Of a stretch of DNA of 64,000 nucleotides, positions 57,399-64,000 are shown one piece after another. The DNA is from the human T2T-CHM13v2.0 reference genome, Homo sapiens. The stretch lies in assembly GCF_009914755.1 (NCBI RefSeq), contig NC_060926.1. One strand, 5' to 3'. Position 1 is the stretch's first letter, and every line of letters starts with the position of its first letter. A program made the position numbers and the translations under genes. The notes under the pieces are model-generated. The model worked only from the letters and a program-made list of their open reading frames with translations. It was not told the origin of the DNA and made no database searches.

Positions 57399-58953
57399 CA
57401 CCTCTCTAGATCTCGGTTTCACCATGTCATTTCCCCCTGATTTGCTAGTTTGCTGTGGTTACCCTCCAAAAACACAGAGGAAGCCTCCTGTTAAGATGGA
57501 AACTGTGTAAAATGGTGGATTCATGGTCTGGGGTCACATCAAGTTACACAGCATGGCATGAGGCCATCCCTGCAGCAGGGCAGGGTTTCACTCTCGAGAC
57601 CTGTTTTCCCAACAATCACGGTGACTTCGTCATTAAACAGTCCCTTCCCTTGATATCATGCCTTCCCTGATCATCTGTGCCCTCCAACTTTCCCTAAGAG
57701 ATTGTTTAGTATTGCTATTGAGTTCTTTTTCCTCCTGTGTTCTCACCATATATTCAAAGACCAGAAGGCTGAGGTTCACAAAACACAGGAACTTAAAAAA
57801 AAAAAACAAAACAAAAAAAACTATTATCACAGATTATCTTTTGTAAAGAACATGAAAAGTAGTTTTATTCCCATCTAATCATCCTGTGCACAGATGGTGA
57901 GAGCAATTCCAGATCAGGCATGACTCTCAACCACAAGGAAGCACAGTCCACTTGTCTGCCCGTGGAGCCACCACTTGAGGGTCTGGGGCCCACTGCCGTC
58001 ATGTTTGCCTTAGAGACATCAAGACAGTTGACTCCTGTATATTTCAATATTCCATCCCATTTCCAGATGCCCAGTATGCCATAAACTCTTTTGTGAAACA
58101 GGACGGAGAAAATTAAAAGGCAAGTCAGAAGAACAGGGTTTTGAACTTGGTTCTCTCTCTTAGTAGCTGTGTAATCTCTCAAAAGTCACTTCATGTTTCT
58201 AGGCCTCTGGGGTTTCCATGGACAAAATGACAGGCTCAGATAAGCTGCCCTGTGAGTCCACTCCAGTTCTATCTGGAATTTTAACATTACTTTCCCCCTT
58301 AAAGGAATGACCCAGGGTAAAAGTTTGGAATTAATTTGGTGTTAAGTTTCTCCATCACAGTTAAAATTATACATATCTGATCACTACATTATTTTAAAAA
58401 TCTGGACTATAACAAAGTCGCATTTGTGGACTCCAATTGTCTTGGGTCTGATGAGACGCTGATCCCCTTGCATGGGCTTATACACATTGTGAATGACATG
58501 AAAACAGAAAGTTACATTTAAAACATGATTTCCAAAATTATAACTTATGAATTTTTATCCAAACACATTCTGGAATGGCTTCATTCATTCAAATATATTC
58601 TAAGCACCTACTATACTAAGTGCTGTCTGTACAGATATAGATACAGAATCATAGATACAGAACCATAAAACTGTAAGAGTGCTGAATTTTTCAATACCAA
58701 TTGCTTTTAAAATCAGTATGTGGCATGGGACCTGGCCAGTTGTCTGAGTGAGAAACTCTCATTTCTGAGGAACTGGAATGGGAGCGGACCCCTGATGTAT
58801 GATCTGGATAAAATCTCCAACTACCCTCTAACCTTATATTCTTTGAATAAAATAACCACAACAGAAAAAGTATTGCAAATCAAGATATTAACTGGAAAAC
58901 AAAGGGGGCGGGGGGTTGGGTAGAGCAGAAGAAAGGAAAAAATCTGCACTCAC

Positions 58954-59051
58954 CGGGACTGTGGCAATCCTTTTTTACTGAGATCTGCCCTCACACGTTC
59001 TCCTACATGTCTGTAAATTTCCACTAAGCTGTTTATTGCTGCATCTCGAAC
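58954..59051 (-). CDS. CLASP1: CLASP1 coding exon (1st in window, 98 nt): VRDAAINSLVEIYRHVGERVRADLSKKGLPQS(R), TOG1 C-terminal HEAT repeat
   Basis: Acceptor tatatctag|GTTCGA, donor CCCG|gtgagt; phase 0 in, phase 2 out, joins the next exon as CG+G=Arg. Confidence 0.96.
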
Positions 59052-60035
59052 CTAGATATAAAAGAAGAGATCTTACAGCTGCTCTGTGTCATCCCCCAGC
59101 AAGTCCTGCTGGGACACAACAGGCCATATACCACCCCAATTTATCACCATTTTACCAGTGCAACTGTGAATACAATCCTTATATACATTTGTCTAGAGAA
59201 AGCCATGTTTTGACAGTTTTCACTTTGCTGATACAATGTCAAACGGTAGTAAAACTGTGGGACCCCCATCCCTATATACACGGCAAAGTCCATATCCTTA
59301 GTTCTTTCCGTTCTTTAAGGTAATTTTGGAAAACTGGAATTTTCAGACCATCTTTCCAAATTAAGAAACAACACTAAAAATAAATAAATGATACTAAAAA
59401 TAAAATACCATGTAAAACACTCTGGATTTAAGTCAATTAAACAAATACTTAATGAGCAACAAAAATGGGTAGTACAGGCCATATGAAGTCCCATACTCAA
59501 GAAGCCCCTAGTCCTAAGAAGGAGATTTTTAAAAAGTCCTAAAAGTCTACATTACAGGGCATGATGGAATAAACATTATTCAAGAGCATAAAGAGGTTGT
59601 GGTTTAAAGAAGGGAGCAATCACATTAGGGGATGTCAAGGGATGCCATATGAGGAAGAAACCACTGCGAAGTGCTTGGAACAGCAGGATTTCACCAGGTC
59701 CAGATGGAATGAGCGAATTCCGAATAAGACACAGCCTGTGCAAAGGCACGAAAGCAGACATGCACGGCACATGCTTCAGGAAGAGGAAGTACGCCGGTCT
59801 GGCCAGACCAGATCAAACTAAGAAAGCAGCATGAAATACGAAATAAGGTGTGAGAGACAGGGTAGACTTTTTTTCTAACCTGGGGAAATTTGAATACGGA
59901 CTGTATATTACACATCACTGTATCCATGTTAAATTTCCAGGGTGAGAAAAATGACATGCGTTAATATAAGAAAATATCTTTGTTATTAAATGATACATAC
60001 ACACTGATATGTCTAGGGTTAAAAATATCATCATA

Positions 60036-60328
60036 AGCCGGGCGTGGTGGCTCACGCCTATAATCCCAGCACTTTGGGAGGCCGAAGCGGGCAGATCACG
60101 AGGTCTGGAGTTCAAGACCAGCCTGGCCAACATGGTGAAACCTTGTCTCTACTATAAATACAAAAAAATTAGCCGGGCGTGGTGGTGCATGCACCTGTAA
60201 TCCCAGCTACTCAGGAGGCTGAGGCAGGAGAATCACTTGGAGGCGGAGTTTGCAGTAAGCTGAGATCGTGCCACTGCACTCCAGCCTGGGCAACAGAGCA
60301 AGACTCTGTCTCAGAAAGAAAAAAAAAA
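60036..60328 (+). mobile_element. AluS (Sg/Sc-like) element
   Basis: Full dimer; flanked by aaaa.atcat.ata. Confidence 0.9.
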
Positions 60329-60845
60329 TCATTATATCTGCATGTTACTTTCAAATGGCTCAAGAAAAAAGTATGTGTCTGTATATGTATGTATGTGTGT
60401 ACACAGAGATACAGAAGAAATGTAACAAATGTTAACTGGTAAATACACTCACTTTCTCTGTATGTTAAAAAATCTGCAAATAAAAAGGTAGGAAGAAAAA
60501 CATTTTTAAAACATAAAATGGAACCAAGGCCAGGTGGTGTTGGGGAGACTGTGCTTAATTCAGTAAGCAAAGATGGGAGTACAACATCAAGGTAGTGGAG
60601 AATGAAGAGAAAAGAAGCAGGAATACAAGCAAAAATTTACAATTTGAAATACTGAAGGGAGTCCTCTGATTTAACAGTGTTACATGACAGGTAACTTTAC
60701 TCATAATTTTTATCTCTTCCAGTGGAAAAAGGCAAATCTTAGGCTATATTGTCACCCAAAACCTCATGCTGTGGACTGAACTGTGTGCCCCCAAAATTCA
60801 AATGATGAAGCCCTAACTCTCCAACATATTTCAAGATAGGGCCTA

Positions 60846-61182
<337 letters not shown>

Positions 61183-61192
61183 AAAGGAGGTA

Positions 61193-61543
<351 letters not shown>

Positions 61544-61847
61544 GGAGGCAATTAAGGTTAAATGAGGTCATGATGGCGGGACCCTAAAATTAGAGGATTA
61601 GTGTCCTCATAAGAGAAGCCAGAGAGCTGGGTACACACACAGAAGAGGTCATATAAGCACATAGTGAGATGGCAGCCATCTACAAGCCAGGAAGAGAGCC
61701 CCAACCAGAACCCGGCCTCTAAAACTGTGAAAAAATTAATTTCTGTTGTTTAACTCACTCGGTCTACAGCATTTTGTTATGGCAGCCAGAGCTGACAAAC
61801 ACAGATTATCAGTTTATTTTGAGGGAAAAAAATAATTTCTAATGTTA

Positions 61848-62186
<339 letters not shown>

Positions 62187-62379
62187 TGCATATATTACAG
62201 AAGTAGTCAATGCTACTATACCTTGAATACTATTAAAGTGTATCACCATTGCTTAGTTTCTAGGGATAACATCTGCTCAGAGCAAATCTCAATGGGTGAT
62301 CTCTTTAAAGAACAATCAATACCCAGGCAGCTACTTAGAAAGTCTGGGCCATAAACGTTTAAGAGATTTACTGGAAAAA

Positions 62380-62530
62380 TTACTAGCTTTAGAGTCAAAT
62401 ATTAATAAGTAGACTTAAGGACCTACTTGGCCATTTAGGGAGCTGTGTAACCTTAGACAAAACACTAGAACTCCTTTGGTCTCAATTTCCTCCTCTGTAA
62501 ACTGAGGGTTGCTCTGAGGACTGAAAGAAA
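62380..62530 (+). mobile_element. MIR relic
   Basis: gctttagagtca...gctgtgtaaccttagacaa...ctcaatttcctcctctgtaaa core. Confidence 0.65.
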
Positions 62531-64000
62531 TAACAGTTTCATTCAACAAATATTTGAGTGCCTACTAGGTGAAAATGAACTGAAACGCCTACACAGGCCA
62601 GGCAGTGACATGAGGAGTGAGTGATTGCAGCAGGCTGAGTGCAGGGTGACAAATGGCACTGGCAGGGAACCCTGGAGGCAGGGACAGAAGAGGGATAAGG
62701 TGCTCAGGCAGATGGGCCACCACCACCCAGCCACAGAGGAATGGTAGCACAGCTTTACCAGGCCTTCTACCCTTTCAAGAAAAGTTAAAAATATAAGTCT
62801 CCCAAATATAAACTCATTTGAACTCAAAATGTAAAATTAAAACATTCTGCAGGCACAAGCATACACACACCCACAAATCTACAGGCTGAAACCAGCTTTA
62901 TGCCAGCAGTTTGTGACCTATAGTTTGTATCTATAAAGCAATCAACACAACGGCTAGTGTTATCTCTATCTTTTAAACCAACATCTTTATCCTTTAAAAT
63001 AATCGTTCCTTAGACCTAGAAAGTTACAGGGTCAGATAGCATTTAGGGGTCTAAACTATTCTTCACTGAAGAACTGCAGATGAACAGGTATTCTTTGGTA
63101 CTGCAAAGTAGGACACTCTAATAGAGAAGAGGTTTAAACAAAAGCCATTCAGCTGAGACTGCAGGACAATGCAGCTATTCACTTCTACACAGGCTCTCAC
63201 TGGTCTCGCACTGCCTCTCCCTGCTGACCCCTCAGGCTCACCACAGAAAGGCACCACAATGTGTCAGGCCATGAAGACTGCAAAAAGACAAGAGCCCCAT
63301 ACATGCAGCACGCTCTGCCAGGTCTTATATGTATGCTTTACAGAATCTAAGGTCTCCAACGTCTGACCATGTTGTTCCTTCCTTCCTCATAGTCACTGCA
63401 CACTGGAGGGTGTAGAGGCTGGCAAGGTTAGTCACCTGCCCAATGCCCACAGATCAGGAATGGCAGGCTGGAGCACCTCTCTGGGGGCAAGTCAACATCC
63501 TTCTCACCAGCACACTGCACCTTAATGTGGATGCCAAAATAAAGGCTTCCTGCAAAGCAAAAAACTCAAAGGAAGGCTTCCGCCCTAGGGTGGGGGACAG
63601 GGAAGCAGTCTATAAACTGATGAGACCCTAAATCCACCCTGTCCTCCTAGAACCCAGCACAGCCCCACAGCCAGTGCCTTGGAGCGTGGGTACCCCAGCA
63701 CCCCAGCACAGCTGTGCCCAAGAGCCCACCCCTGGCTCCCAGGCTGCAACTGTGGCAGGGCCGCATGGAAGCTCTGTCAAGCCAGCAGCAGAGGTGCTCC
63801 TCCCTCCTCCTGAGCTCTGTCCAGCTGGAGACAGCATGGAATTAGCAATGGTCATATGTTTCAAGATGTTTTAGGCTTTGAACCAAACTCAACAAGAGGG
63901 CCAGCAGTCAGCATGGGGAGTCCCACTGGATGCAACCCTCTGCCAGCCTGCCTGCAAAAGGGCAGGTGAGGTGCTGTGAAGATGAAATCAAAAGTCTTCA

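Overview
Primate (most likely human) genomic DNA lying entirely inside the CLASP1 gene (CLIP-associating protein 1, a microtubule TOG-domain protein), which is transcribed on the minus strand. I read eight coding exons by hand (59051-58954, 46523-46456, 13244-13092, 5889-5816, 4477-4385, 3409-3264, 2259-2124, 1041-971). All have AG/GT boundaries and splice in frame (839 nt) into the end of TOG1, the Ser-rich linker and most of TOG2. The rest is intron, densely filled with Alu, L1, L2, MIR and LTR relics plus microsatellites; nearly all ORFs in the supplied track are repeat-derived or spurious. Best second-look items: a candidate internal first exon (MTTGK-D-KNFDDED) that would make a TOG1-less, CLASP2-gamma-like isoform; telomeric hexamers sealing a large internal L1 deletion; an Alu carrying nine tandem nuclear-receptor half-sites; a ~475-nt A/C-only tract (UG-rich in the pre-mRNA) in place of an Alu tail; a twin-primed L1 that creates a long inverted repeat; and a candidate poison exon near a (UG)n repeat. 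Repeat subfamily names and most repeat boundaries are by-eye estimates.
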